This document shows, piece after piece, positions 42,553 through 50,948 of a stretch of DNA of 64,000 nt. Position numbers and translations under genes: made by a program. The DNA lies in the sequence record DRR378314_1401. One strand, written 5' to 3'. The number at the start of each line of letters is the position of its first letter. Within the stretch, counting starts at the first letter, position 1. Under the pieces are notes generated by a model. The model did no database searches. It was not told where the DNA came from and saw only the letters and a list, made by a program, of their open reading frames with translations.

Positions 42553-44040
42553 GTGACGTCAATGAACCCAGCTTCACTTACCGCCCTGTTGGAAACCTTT
42601 GCCAATATTCGGGTCCTTTGCATTGGCGATGTCATGCTCGATCGGTTTGTCTATGGGACAGCCGCCCGTATTTCGCCCGAAGCGCCCATTCCGGTCATCA
42701 GTATTTCCCATCAGCAAGCCATGCTGGGCGGCGCCGGAAATGTTGTTCGCAATATTCTCTCCCTCGGCGGAAAAGCGACACTTGTTGCCCTTGTCGGGGA
42801 GGATGCCGAAGGCCGCGAAGTGGAAAACCTGCTCAGCCGGGAGGAAAACCTGACATCGGCGCTGGTAAATTCCGGACGGCGACCCACAACGGTTAAAACC
42901 CGGTTTATTGCCGATAGTCAGCAGCTCCTGCGCGCGGATGCAGAAGTCAGTCATGATGTCGCCCCGGATACCGCCGCAAAACTGATCGAAAATTTCAAAC
43001 AGGCACTGGCTCAGACCGATGTTGTGATCCTCTCCGATTATGCAAAAGGCGTTCTTTCCGACGAGGTCTTGAAAGCCGTTATTGAGCTTTCCAAAGACGC
43101 TGATATTCCCGTTATCGCAGATCCAAAATCGACCAATTTTACCCGCTATGCCGGTGTGACGCTGCTGACCCCAAACCGCAAGGAAATGACTGCTGCGGCC
43201 CAGTTACCCTGCGATACAGACCGGCAAGTGGAAGCTGCTGCCCAGAAAATTCTGAGCTCCGTCGATATCAAAGGGTTACTTGTAACCCGTTCCGAGTCCG
43301 GAATGACATTGGCAAAAGCAGATGAATTTCACCACATTCCAGCGCAAGCGCGGGAGGTTTTTGATGTCTCCGGCGCTGGCGACAGTGTAATTGCCTGCCT
43401 GTCCCTTGCCATTGGTGCAGGCGCTTATGCTGAGGATGCAACAGTTCTGGCCAATCTGGCAGGCAGTATCGTGGTAGCCAAAACCGGTACGGCCGCTGTC
43501 ACCCAAGCAGAGATGGCCGCAGCCCTTCACAATGTGGAAATTCAGAGCGCTGACACCAAAATCACCTCCCTGTCGGAGGCGAAATCCATTGTCGATGGAT
43601 GGCGCGCCCGCGGATTGAAAGTCGGCTTCACAAATGGCTGTTTTGATCTGGTGCATCCAGGTCATATCTCCTTGATCCGGCAGGCAAAAGCAGAATGTGA
43701 CCGACTTATTGTCGGGCTGAACACAGATGACAGTATCAAGCGGCTGAAAGGTCCGGATCGGCCCGCCACCAACGAAACGTCACGGGCGATTGTCCTGGCA
43801 AGCCTCGAAGATGTGTCTCTGGTTGTTCCCTTTGCAGAGGATACGCCCCTCAACCTCATTGGTGCGCTGGAACCGGATGTTCTGGTCAAAGGCGCCGATT
43901 ATACGATCGAAACAGTTGTCGGTGCCGACATCGTTCAGGCATATGGCGGCCGGATTTTCCTGGCACAGCTGAAAGATGGTTACAGCACCACCCGAACCAT
44001 TCAAAAACTTCTGGATATGGACAAAACTTCCCATGACTAG
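42553..44040 (+). CDS. hldE: Bifunctional heptose 7-phosphate kinase / heptose 1-phosphate adenylyltransferase
   Basis: GDVMLDRF, RISPEAPIPV and DVSGAGDSV (PfkB domain); FTNGCFDLVHPGH (cytidylyltransferase-like domain). Confidence 0.96.
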   Translation: MTSMNPASLTALLETFANIRVLCIGDVMLDRFVYGTAARISPEAPIPVISISHQQAMLGGAGNVVRNILSLGGKATLVALVGEDAEGREVENLLSREENLTSALVNSGRRPTTVKTRFIADSQQLLRADAEVSHDVAPDTAAKLIENFKQALAQTDVVILSDYAKGVLSDEVLKAVIELSKDADIPVIADPKSTNFTRYAGVTLLTPNRKEMTAAAQLPCDTDRQVEAAAQKILSSVDIKGLLVTRSESGMTLAKADEFHHIPAQAREVFDVSGAGDSVIACLSLAIGAGAYAEDATVLANLAGSIVVAKTGTAAVTQAEMAAALHNVEIQSADTKITSLSEAKSIVDGWRARGLKVGFTNGCFDLVHPGHISLIRQAKAECDRLIVGLNTDDSIKRLKGPDRPATNETSRAIVLASLEDVSLVVPFAEDTPLNLIGALEPDVLVKGADYTIETVVGADIVQAYGGRIFLAQLKDGYSTTRTIQKLLDMDKTSHD

Positions 44041-45031
44041 TTCAACACGGCGGATACTGGTAACTGGCGGCGCCGGTTTCATTGGCTCTAATATTGTCGC
44101 AGCTCTCTCCGACCGGGGGGATGAGGTTATTGTCTGCGATTGGCTGGAAAGTGGGGATAAGTGGAAAAATCTGGCAAAACATGTGATCGCAGATTTCATT
44201 GACCCCGATGAACTGTCAACCTGGCTCGCCAGCACCGACCCATTAGATGCGGTGATCCATATGGGCGCTATTTCGGCGACCACGGAAACCGATGGCGATT
44301 TGATCCTGAACCGTAATTTCCGCCCCACCCGGCTATTATGGGACTGGTGCACAGCCACTGAGGTGCCGTTTCTCTATGCCTCTTCTGCTGCAACTTATGG
44401 GGATGGCAGTACAGGTTTTGAGGATGATCAGTCCGAACCGGCGCTGGCCCGGTTACAGCCCTTGAACCTTTATGGGTACAGCAAACACGCCTTCGATAAG
44501 TTTGTAGCCCATGTTGAGCGAACCTCTGGACCTACGCCGCCGCAATGGGCGGGATTAAAGTTTTTCAATGTCTATGGCCCTAATGAATATCACAAAGGCA
44601 ATATGAAAAGCGTAATTTCCCAAGCCTATCCAAAAGTCGCCGGGGGGGAGCCTGTGACCCTGTTTAAATCCCATCATCCTGGTTATCAGGATGGCGGTCA
44701 GCTTCGCGATTTTGTGTATGTCAAAGACTGCGTGAAGGTAATCCTTTGGTTGTTGGAAACCCCATCGGTCAGCGGTCTGTTCAACCTTGGAACCGGCAGC
44801 GCCCGCAGCTTCAAGGATCTGGCGCTCGCCACCTTCAAGGCGGCGGACAAGGTGCCGGATATTCAGTATATTGAGACCCCGATCAGCATTCGGGACAAAT
44901 ACCAGTATTTCACCGAGGCCAATATGCAAAAGCTGAAGGCTGCCGGATATGGAGGTAATTTCTATTCTCTGGAAGATGGCATCGCTGATTATGTGCAGAA
45001 TTATCTGGCAGAGGATGATCCCTATCTTTGA
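44033..45031 (+). CDS. hldD: ADP-L-glycero-D-manno-heptose 6-epimerase
   Basis: VTGGAGFIGSNIV, YASSAATYG, PLNLYGYSK, FFNVYGPNEYHKG and YQYFTEA motifs. Start ATG 44033 overlaps the hldE end. Confidence 0.96.
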   Translation: MTSSTRRILVTGGAGFIGSNIVAALSDRGDEVIVCDWLESGDKWKNLAKHVIADFIDPDELSTWLASTDPLDAVIHMGAISATTETDGDLILNRNFRPTRLLWDWCTATEVPFLYASSAATYGDGSTGFEDDQSEPALARLQPLNLYGYSKHAFDKFVAHVERTSGPTPPQWAGLKFFNVYGPNEYHKGNMKSVISQAYPKVAGGEPVTLFKSHHPGYQDGGQLRDFVYVKDCVKVILWLLETPSVSGLFNLGTGSARSFKDLALATFKAADKVPDIQYIETPISIRDKYQYFTEANMQKLKAAGYGGNFYSLEDGIADYVQNYLAEDDPYL

Positions 45032-45129
45032 TCGCTCCTGAATTTGTGATCATCTGTCACTTTCAATCCGTCCGGAAATTCACAACTCTGTAGAAAAAGG
45101 TTCAGATTTACCTGAGGAGCAGTGACACC

Positions 45130-45954
45130 GTGACACAATTTCTGAAATTCATTATATTTTTCAGTGTATTATGGGTATATACCCTGCCCGTAACAGCCGC
45201 ACCGGATGCAGAACTCCATAACTCTCACTGGCTAAGTAATAACAAAGGTAATGACGAAAAGATCGATCATTCCACCCTCTCAAACCTCCTTCAAACCTAT
45301 AGATATCAAGGGGATGATGGAATTGCCCGCTTTGCCTATGACAAGGTCACCTTGACCGATCAGCAGAAACTCACCCGCTATATCGCCGGGTTGCAAAGGG
45401 TCACGGTAACCGCGCTTGATCTGGATAGCCAGTTCGCCTTCTGGGTCAATCTATATAACAGCCTGACCCTCAAGGTGGTTCTGGATCATTTCCCGATCAA
45501 CACCGTTCGGGATATCAACATCTCTCCCGGCTTTTTTTCAGTCGGCCCCTGGGGGGCCAAGCTGATTACAATAGAAGGGTATGATCTGTCACTCGATGAT
45601 ATCGAACATGGAATCCTCCGGCCGATTTGGACCGATCCGCGTATCCATTATGTGGTCAATTGTGCGTCCCTTGGCTGTCCCGATATACCGGCACGCGCCC
45701 TTGACCCTACGCGGTTGGAAGACACCCTGAACCAGGCCGCCACCACCTTCATCAATCATCCACGGGCCGTCAAAGCCGACGGGGATCAGATTATCACCTC
45801 CAGTATTTATCACTGGTTCAGCGACGATTTTGGCGAGAGTGACCGAAAAATCCTCCGTCATCTGGCGAAATATGCAAAAGATCCCCTGAAATCCCGGCTA
45901 CTGCAAACTGATCAGATTTCAGATCACAGCTATGCGTGGCAACTTAATCAGTAA
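45130..45954 (+). CDS. DUF547 domain secreted protein
   Basis: Signal peptide; AFWVNLYN, SLDDIEHGILR and DPRIHYVVNCASLGCP motifs. Confidence 0.9.
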   Translation: MTQFLKFIIFFSVLWVYTLPVTAAPDAELHNSHWLSNNKGNDEKIDHSTLSNLLQTYRYQGDDGIARFAYDKVTLTDQQKLTRYIAGLQRVTVTALDLDSQFAFWVNLYNSLTLKVVLDHFPINTVRDINISPGFFSVGPWGAKLITIEGYDLSLDDIEHGILRPIWTDPRIHYVVNCASLGCPDIPARALDPTRLEDTLNQAATTFINHPRAVKADGDQIITSSIYHWFSDDFGESDRKILRHLAKYAKDPLKSRLLQTDQISDHSYAWQLNQ

Positions 45955-46035
45955 TCCAGCTTTGGCACCAAAAATTATAGCTCTATCTGTTGTTGACAGA
46001 GCGCTTCAACATTCTATTGTGCTTACTTGAAATCA

Positions 46036-46050
46036 GAACAAATAGAGAAC
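46036..46050 (+). promoter_or_regulatory. Alphaproteobacterial LexA (SOS) box
   Basis: GAAC-AAATAGA-GAAC (GAAC-N7-GAAC), 5 nt before ATG 46056 and downstream of TTGACA-N16-TATTGT (45993-46020). Confidence 0.75.
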
Positions 46051-46055
46051 AAAAT

Positions 46056-46454
46056 ATGATAAAAGGGAGCTGTTGTTGCGGGGCCGTCCAATTCCTGGTG
46101 AGCGAGCCACCCGCTCTTGTCGGAACCTGTCATTGCAGCCGCTGCCGAAAAGTGGGAGCCAGCACAATTGCATTTGTAAAACGCGATGATTTCCAGCTTT
46201 TGCAGGGAAAAGACCAGATCCAATCCTATCTTCCGGAAGAAGGCTATAAATACACGCGCAGCTTTTGCCGAACCTGTGGCTCTTCCCTGGGTGAAATCGG
46301 CACCGAAGCAGATAGTTTTCCGATCCCTGCCAATCTGTTTGATGATGCGATCGACCTGACCGTTCAGTTCCATGAATTCGTTAGTGAAAAACCATCTTGG
46401 TACAGCATTTCAGATAGCGGCAAACAGTTTGAGGGTCATCCAAAAGAGGACTGA
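46056..46454 (+). CDS. GFA/CENP-V family protein (glutathione-dependent formaldehyde-activating enzyme fold)
   Basis: MIKGSCCCGAV, CHCSRCRK and RSFCRTCGSSL zinc motifs. Start trimmed to 46056. Confidence 0.92.
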   Translation: MIKGSCCCGAVQFLVSEPPALVGTCHCSRCRKVGASTIAFVKRDDFQLLQGKDQIQSYLPEEGYKYTRSFCRTCGSSLGEIGTEADSFPIPANLFDDAIDLTVQFHEFVSEKPSWYSISDSGKQFEGHPKED

Positions 46455-46479
46455 TGGCTGAATGAGAGGTTGACCGGCC

Positions 46480-46500
46480 TTTATATTTATATTTATATTT
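46480..46500 (+). repeat. (TTTATA)3.5 hexamer tandem repeat
   Basis: TTTATATTTATATTTATATTT directly after TTGACC (46470-46475). Confidence 0.7.
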
Positions 46501-46544
46501 TCTTATACACGTTCTGATGGCGGGTATTGGGGGAATAAATATAA

Positions 46545-47351
46545 ATGCAAATTCCAGTCTTATCCTTTCTTTACAAAGGAGATAACGACGATACCCTCTC
46601 AAAAGAGGGTACCGGGGATAACCTGTTGAAGGAGACACGGGCACTGGCCACTTATGTCGGCCGGCACGGGGATATTCTGAAAAAAGACCAACTGAGCATT
46701 TATAAAAACTTCGCCGTCGCGATCAAAAATTACGAAAAAGAGCAGAACACGGCAAATGAAGTCGCGCTTCAAACCTGTTATTCTGCCCTGACGGCAATTA
46801 CCTATCCGGCAAAAGGCGTGAACGGCCATACAATTTTGGAAACCCGGATTGCCAGTAATCATATTATGAAGCTCAAAAGCAGACCCGTTTTTATCGGGTT
46901 TCTGTTGTTTTTCTTTGCAATTTTTATTGAATCCTTTCGCTCCTGGGTGGTGACATTCGACGAAGCGGACGCGCTGACAGAACCATTTCGGGCCTTATTT
47001 TACAATCACGGCAAACCGCCGATTAATTTCCTGATCGGCGCAACCTGGGGCGGGATCGGCACATGCCTTTTCCTCATGAAGCGGATCTCAGACAAAATGT
47101 TTATGGAAGCGTATCAAAGCTCCAAAGTCCGCGGCGATATGACCCGTATCTTCCTCGGCGCTATGCTCGGCGTGTGTGTTGTCCTGTTGTTCTTTCAGGA
47201 AGAAAATGGGACCGATAACCTTGAAGACCTGAATATTGGCCCCGCCATAGCCGCCTTTATAGCTGGTTTGGGAATTAAACCCGTTTATGCCGCCTTTGAA
47301 ACCCTGGCAGAAGAAATCGCTGCCCGGCTCGGCCGTAAAAAAGACGATTAA
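46545..47351 (+). CDS. Hypothetical membrane protein with soluble N-terminus and about 4 TM helices
   Basis: 268-aa ORF filling the gap; hydrophobic segments with WGGIG, RIFLGAMLG and AFIAGLG. No family recognised. Confidence 0.8.
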   Translation: MQIPVLSFLYKGDNDDTLSKEGTGDNLLKETRALATYVGRHGDILKKDQLSIYKNFAVAIKNYEKEQNTANEVALQTCYSALTAITYPAKGVNGHTILETRIASNHIMKLKSRPVFIGFLLFFFAIFIESFRSWVVTFDEADALTEPFRALFYNHGKPPINFLIGATWGGIGTCLFLMKRISDKMFMEAYQSSKVRGDMTRIFLGAMLGVCVVLLFFQEENGTDNLEDLNIGPAIAAFIAGLGIKPVYAAFETLAEEIAARLGRKKDD

Positions 47352-47788
47352 AACAGCAATTCCGGTTTGGCGGTCTGTGACAGGCGTAAAGCGGCCTGCC
47401 GGGCGAAACGCAATGTCACGTTGCGGCGCCGACTGGCGTTCAGCTTATAGACCTGACTGGGCCGGACGATTTCCCCCTGAAATTCATCGGCGATGATCAG
47501 ACCCTGGTCTTCTGGCAATAGGTCTGTGGGAAAGGCCTCATCAACGGCGAAGTAATATCCATCGCAAAAATCCAGATATTCCATCCATTTGGAATCGCCC
47601 CGAAAATCAGCCGCGCTGCTTTTCACTTCTGCTATCAGAATATGCCCCTTGTCATTGATCCCCATAACATCAACCCGCCGCCGAATGCGCAGTTTCACTT
47701 CACTCATAGCTGCATAGCCCATAGCTTCAAACAAGGTCTGAACTCCGCGGGCAAGCCGCACCCCTTTATCGGATCGCTCTAATGTCAT
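47348..47788 (-). CDS. mmcB: MmcB family DNA repair protein (PD-(D/E)xK fold)
   Basis: RRVDVMG, IAEVKSSAADFRGDSKWMEYLDFCD and LRFARQAA motifs. Confidence 0.93.
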   Translation of the reverse strand: MTLERSDKGVRLARGVQTLFEAMGYAAMSEVKLRIRRRVDVMGINDKGHILIAEVKSSAADFRGDSKWMEYLDFCDGYYFAVDEAFPTDLLPEDQGLIIADEFQGEIVRPSQVYKLNASRRRNVTLRFARQAALRLSQTAKPELLF

Positions 47789-48153
47789 GAACGAACAGGG
47801 GTCGAGCTTTTCAAATACTCCAGCATCTCTCCCAAGCGCGGCTCGGACAGATTGCGGATCTCCCGCGCCAGAAGATTTGCATATTCCGTCGCCGTGGGGG
47901 ACAGGCCACTGGTATCCAGGGTAACTTTAGGGTGGGAGAGGGCTGCAAGCGCATGCAGGTCTTCAGCCTCATCCCAGATGATATTGAAGTAAGAGCAAAC
48001 CTGCTCCACCAATGACCAGGAAGGTTGCCCGCGATGCCCATGTTCCAGCGCCGACAGATAGGCTGAGCTGATCTGCAGGTCTTCGGCCATCTTTTTCAAG
48101 GACACATTCTGAGCCTCCCGCAGGCTCCTGACCCGTAACCCAAAGGGTGTCAT
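47785..48153 (-). CDS. XRE-family helix-turn-helix regulator
   Basis: MTPFGLRVRSLR...SSAYLSALEHGHRG...SHPKVTLDTSGLSP. Start trimmed to 48153; usual neighbour of smr. Confidence 0.92.
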   Translation of the reverse strand: MTPFGLRVRSLREAQNVSLKKMAEDLQISSAYLSALEHGHRGQPSWSLVEQVCSYFNIIWDEAEDLHALAALSHPKVTLDTSGLSPTATEYANLLAREIRNLSEPRLGEMLEYLKSSTPVRS

Positions 48154-48155
48154 GT

Positions 48156-48851
48156 TCAGATACTCCCCGACTGTCTGTTTCGTCTCAACAATACATAAAA
48201 GGCGCCGCCGCCGCCATGGCGGGGCTGTGCCGGGCGCACATCCAGAATATACCGCGCCAGGTCCGGCTCCTTCAACCATCTGGGGAACTCCTGACGCAAT
48301 ACCCCCTTGCGGTTGCCCCCCATATAGGCCGCATCCTCAGTCTGGCGAACGGACGATCCCTTACCGGTTATCACCAGCACACATCGTTTGCTTTGCCGGT
48401 GAGCATTTTGCAAAAAGAATTTCAAACGGCTATGGGCTTCTTTGCGGGTATGTCCATGAAGGTCAATCCGGCCCTCGATCTCCATTTTGCCGCGGCGAAG
48501 CCGCTCGGACGTGTTTCGGTCAATACCATCCACATTTTTTCGGGCACTTCGCCCCTGCAAAGCATCCTCAAGCCCCCGATAAAGCGCTGTATCTGACTTT
48601 GCGGCCGCGCCCACTTTCGTCCGCAGAAGTTTCTGAACCTCTACAGCAGACCCCGCTTTTTGCGGGTTGCCAGAACCATTTGGAACGGCGGTCGACGCCT
48701 TCAAATCATCATCAAAAGGTGTATATCTGTTGCTCGACATCGGGTGGATTTGATGGGTCACATGCTGCCAAAGCTGCTGATCTTCAGAGGAAAGATGTTT
48801 TCCTTTCTGGCGAGAAGGCTCCTTTCCTGCGGTTTTATCCCTTCGTGCCAT
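48156..48851 (-). CDS. Smr/MutS2 C-terminal domain protein
   Basis: RIDLHG, VLVITGKG and HGGGGAFYVLLRR motifs. Confidence 0.93.
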   Translation of the reverse strand: MARRDKTAGKEPSRQKGKHLSSEDQQLWQHVTHQIHPMSSNRYTPFDDDLKASTAVPNGSGNPQKAGSAVEVQKLLRTKVGAAAKSDTALYRGLEDALQGRSARKNVDGIDRNTSERLRRGKMEIEGRIDLHGHTRKEAHSRLKFFLQNAHRQSKRCVLVITGKGSSVRQTEDAAYMGGNRKGVLRQEFPRWLKEPDLARYILDVRPAQPRHGGGGAFYVLLRRNRQSGSI

Positions 48852-49527
48852 CACCCACCAATATCACATGCAGACTTTTCGGACCATGAGCGCCCATGAT
48901 CAGGGTTTGTTCAATGTCTGCTGTTCGTGACGGACCCGAAATAAAATTAACCGTCCGTGGCATCCCTTTGTCTGCTGTCTTCTCTCTGAGAAGATCCCAT
49001 GCTTCTTCATAAGAGCCGCGCATTCGGGAAATATCCAGAACAACAATATGGTTTTCCGGCAGGAAATTTACTGTCGAGGGCGTTTGAGGGCCGGACGCCA
49101 TCATCAGGGTTCCACTTTCGGCAATCGCTGCAAATGCCGGAGAAAGCCCCACTTCATCCTCCTCAGCACCGGCCCCCTCAATCAGTTCCAAATTCGGGGT
49201 TTTCGACCAGTCCAGCCCTGCAACCTCCTTGGAAGGAGTGACTTTGATCCGGCCCGGCAGATTGTGGCTTTTCAGATAATCTCTGATGAGTTCTGGAATT
49301 TCGGATGGGCTCGCTGCGCGATCGACTGTCGCCTCCAACCCTTCGATTTTCTCAACAAAAAGCGCAATCTGATCTTCCAGCGCGATCTGACCCCGTTTCG
49401 GGATCAGGTTTCTGTGATGCGCCTTGATCCGATCTTCGAGCAGGTCTTTTTCTGCTGAGCTCAGGCTATCGCGGTTTTTCTGGGATCGGATCCGCCCCAG
49501 GATTTTCGATCTGGCATCCATGATCAA
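48835..49527 (-). CDS. lutC: Lactate utilization protein C (LutC/LldG/YkgG)
   Basis: AIAESGTL and FISGPSRTADIEQTLIMGAHGP motifs. Confidence 0.93.
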   Translation of the reverse strand: MIMDARSKILGRIRSQKNRDSLSSAEKDLLEDRIKAHHRNLIPKRGQIALEDQIALFVEKIEGLEATVDRAASPSEIPELIRDYLKSHNLPGRIKVTPSKEVAGLDWSKTPNLELIEGAGAEEDEVGLSPAFAAIAESGTLMMASGPQTPSTVNFLPENHIVVLDISRMRGSYEEAWDLLREKTADKGMPRTVNFISGPSRTADIEQTLIMGAHGPKSLHVILVGDGTKG

Positions 49528-50948
49528 TCCTCCCGACTACTATTGGCAGCCCACTGTTCCATAAAGGTTTTGCCTTCTGGGGCGGGCAAATCCCGACATC
49601 GGGTCCATCCATTATTGAACGGCAGTTTTTTCAGACGGCCTTTCTTGCCGGAAAGTTTGGTCAACAACCGGGCCCCGATTTTTGTCATCAGCCGATAAAG
49701 GGCAGGGCGCTTGGCAAAAAATCCCCAAACCTCAATTCCCCAGCGGTCCGGTTTGGGACCGATCTGCTGCTCAAAGGCTTTTTCCCGCCAGTGACGAAGG
49801 ATTTTCGGGATCGGGATCCGAACCGGGCAAACCTCTTCGCAGCGGCCACAAAAGCTGGAAGCATTGGGCAGGTGATATGCTTCTTCCAACCCGACCATCT
49901 GCGGGTTCAATGCCGCCCCAATAGGCCCCGGATACACCCAGCCATAGCTGTGCCCACCGACGGCGTGATACACGGGGCAATGGTTCATACAGGCGCCGCA
50001 GCGAATGCAGCGCAACAGTTCCTGCAATTCGGTTCCGATCATTTCCGACCGGCCGCCATCCAGCAGCACCACATGGAAATTCTCTGGACCATCAATATCT
50101 TCTGGCCGTTTGGGACCGGTGGAGAATGTCGTATAAACCGACATTTCCTGTCCCGTGGCAGAACGGGCGAGGACCCGCATGACGGTGCTGACATCTTCAA
50201 GCGTGGGGATCACTTTTTCCAGACTGGCCACCACGATATGGGTTTTGGGAAGGGACTGGGTCAGATCACCATTGCCTTCATTGGTGACAATCACCGTGGA
50301 TCCGGTTTCCGCCACCAGAAAGTTTGCCCCGGTAATGCCCACATCTGCCGTCACATATTTATGGCGAAGGACGGCGCGGGCCTCACCCACCAGCTTTTCA
50401 GCATCCTCCTCGCGCTTGGTATACCCGTATTTCTGATGATGTTCATGAAACAGTTCGGTGACTTGTTCCTTGGTTTTATGGACCGCCGGCCCAATGATGT
50501 GACTAGGCGGCTCATCTGCCAGCTGGATAATATATTCTCCAAGATCCGTCTCGATGGGCTCGATCCCTTCGGCCGTCAGGAATTTATTGAGCGCAATCTC
50601 TTCCGTGATCATGGATTTACCCTTGGTCACGGTTTTTGCATCTGCATCACGGCAAATTTTCAGGATCGCTTCACGGGCTTCCTTATGGGTCGAACACCAA
50701 TGCACATGCCCTCCCTGCTGAGTGACCTGATCCTCAAAATATTCCAGATAATAATCCAGGTTATCCAGAACATGATCCTTGATATCTTTGGCCTGATCCC
50801 TCAGATCCTCAAATTCCGGCAGCGCATCTGCAGCGGTTCGTCGGGCTGTTGTAAATCCCGTTTTGACCCGGCCAAGGGCGGCCCGCAGATTTTCATCCTG
50901 CATGGCCTCATGGGCGTTTTCCTTAAATTGGCGACTGGAAACTTCCAT
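49524..50948 (-). CDS. lutB: Lactate utilization Fe-S protein B (LutB/LldF/YkgF)
   Basis: KGKSMITEE, ETDLGEYIIQL, CIRCGACMNHCPVY and FCGRCEEVCPV motifs. Confidence 0.96.
   Translation of the reverse strand: MEVSSRQFKENAHEAMQDENLRAALGRVKTGFTTARRTAADALPEFEDLRDQAKDIKDHVLDNLDYYLEYFEDQVTQQGGHVHWCSTHKEAREAILKICRDADAKTVTKGKSMITEEIALNKFLTAEGIEPIETDLGEYIIQLADEPPSHIIGPAVHKTKEQVTELFHEHHQKYGYTKREEDAEKLVGEARAVLRHKYVTADVGITGANFLVAETGSTVIVTNEGNGDLTQSLPKTHIVVASLEKVIPTLEDVSTVMRVLARSATGQEMSVYTTFSTGPKRPEDIDGPENFHVVLLDGGRSEMIGTELQELLRCIRCGACMNHCPVYHAVGGHSYGWVYPGPIGAALNPQMVGLEEAYHLPNASSFCGRCEEVCPVRIPIPKILRHWREKAFEQQIGPKPDRWGIEVWGFFAKRPALYRLMTKIGARLLTKLSGKKGRLKKLPFNNGWTRCRDLPAPEGKTFMEQWAANSSRED

Noticed and set aside
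48152..48889. 245-aa plus-strand ORF
   Set aside because: Antisense to the well-supported smr gene, with unnatural composition.
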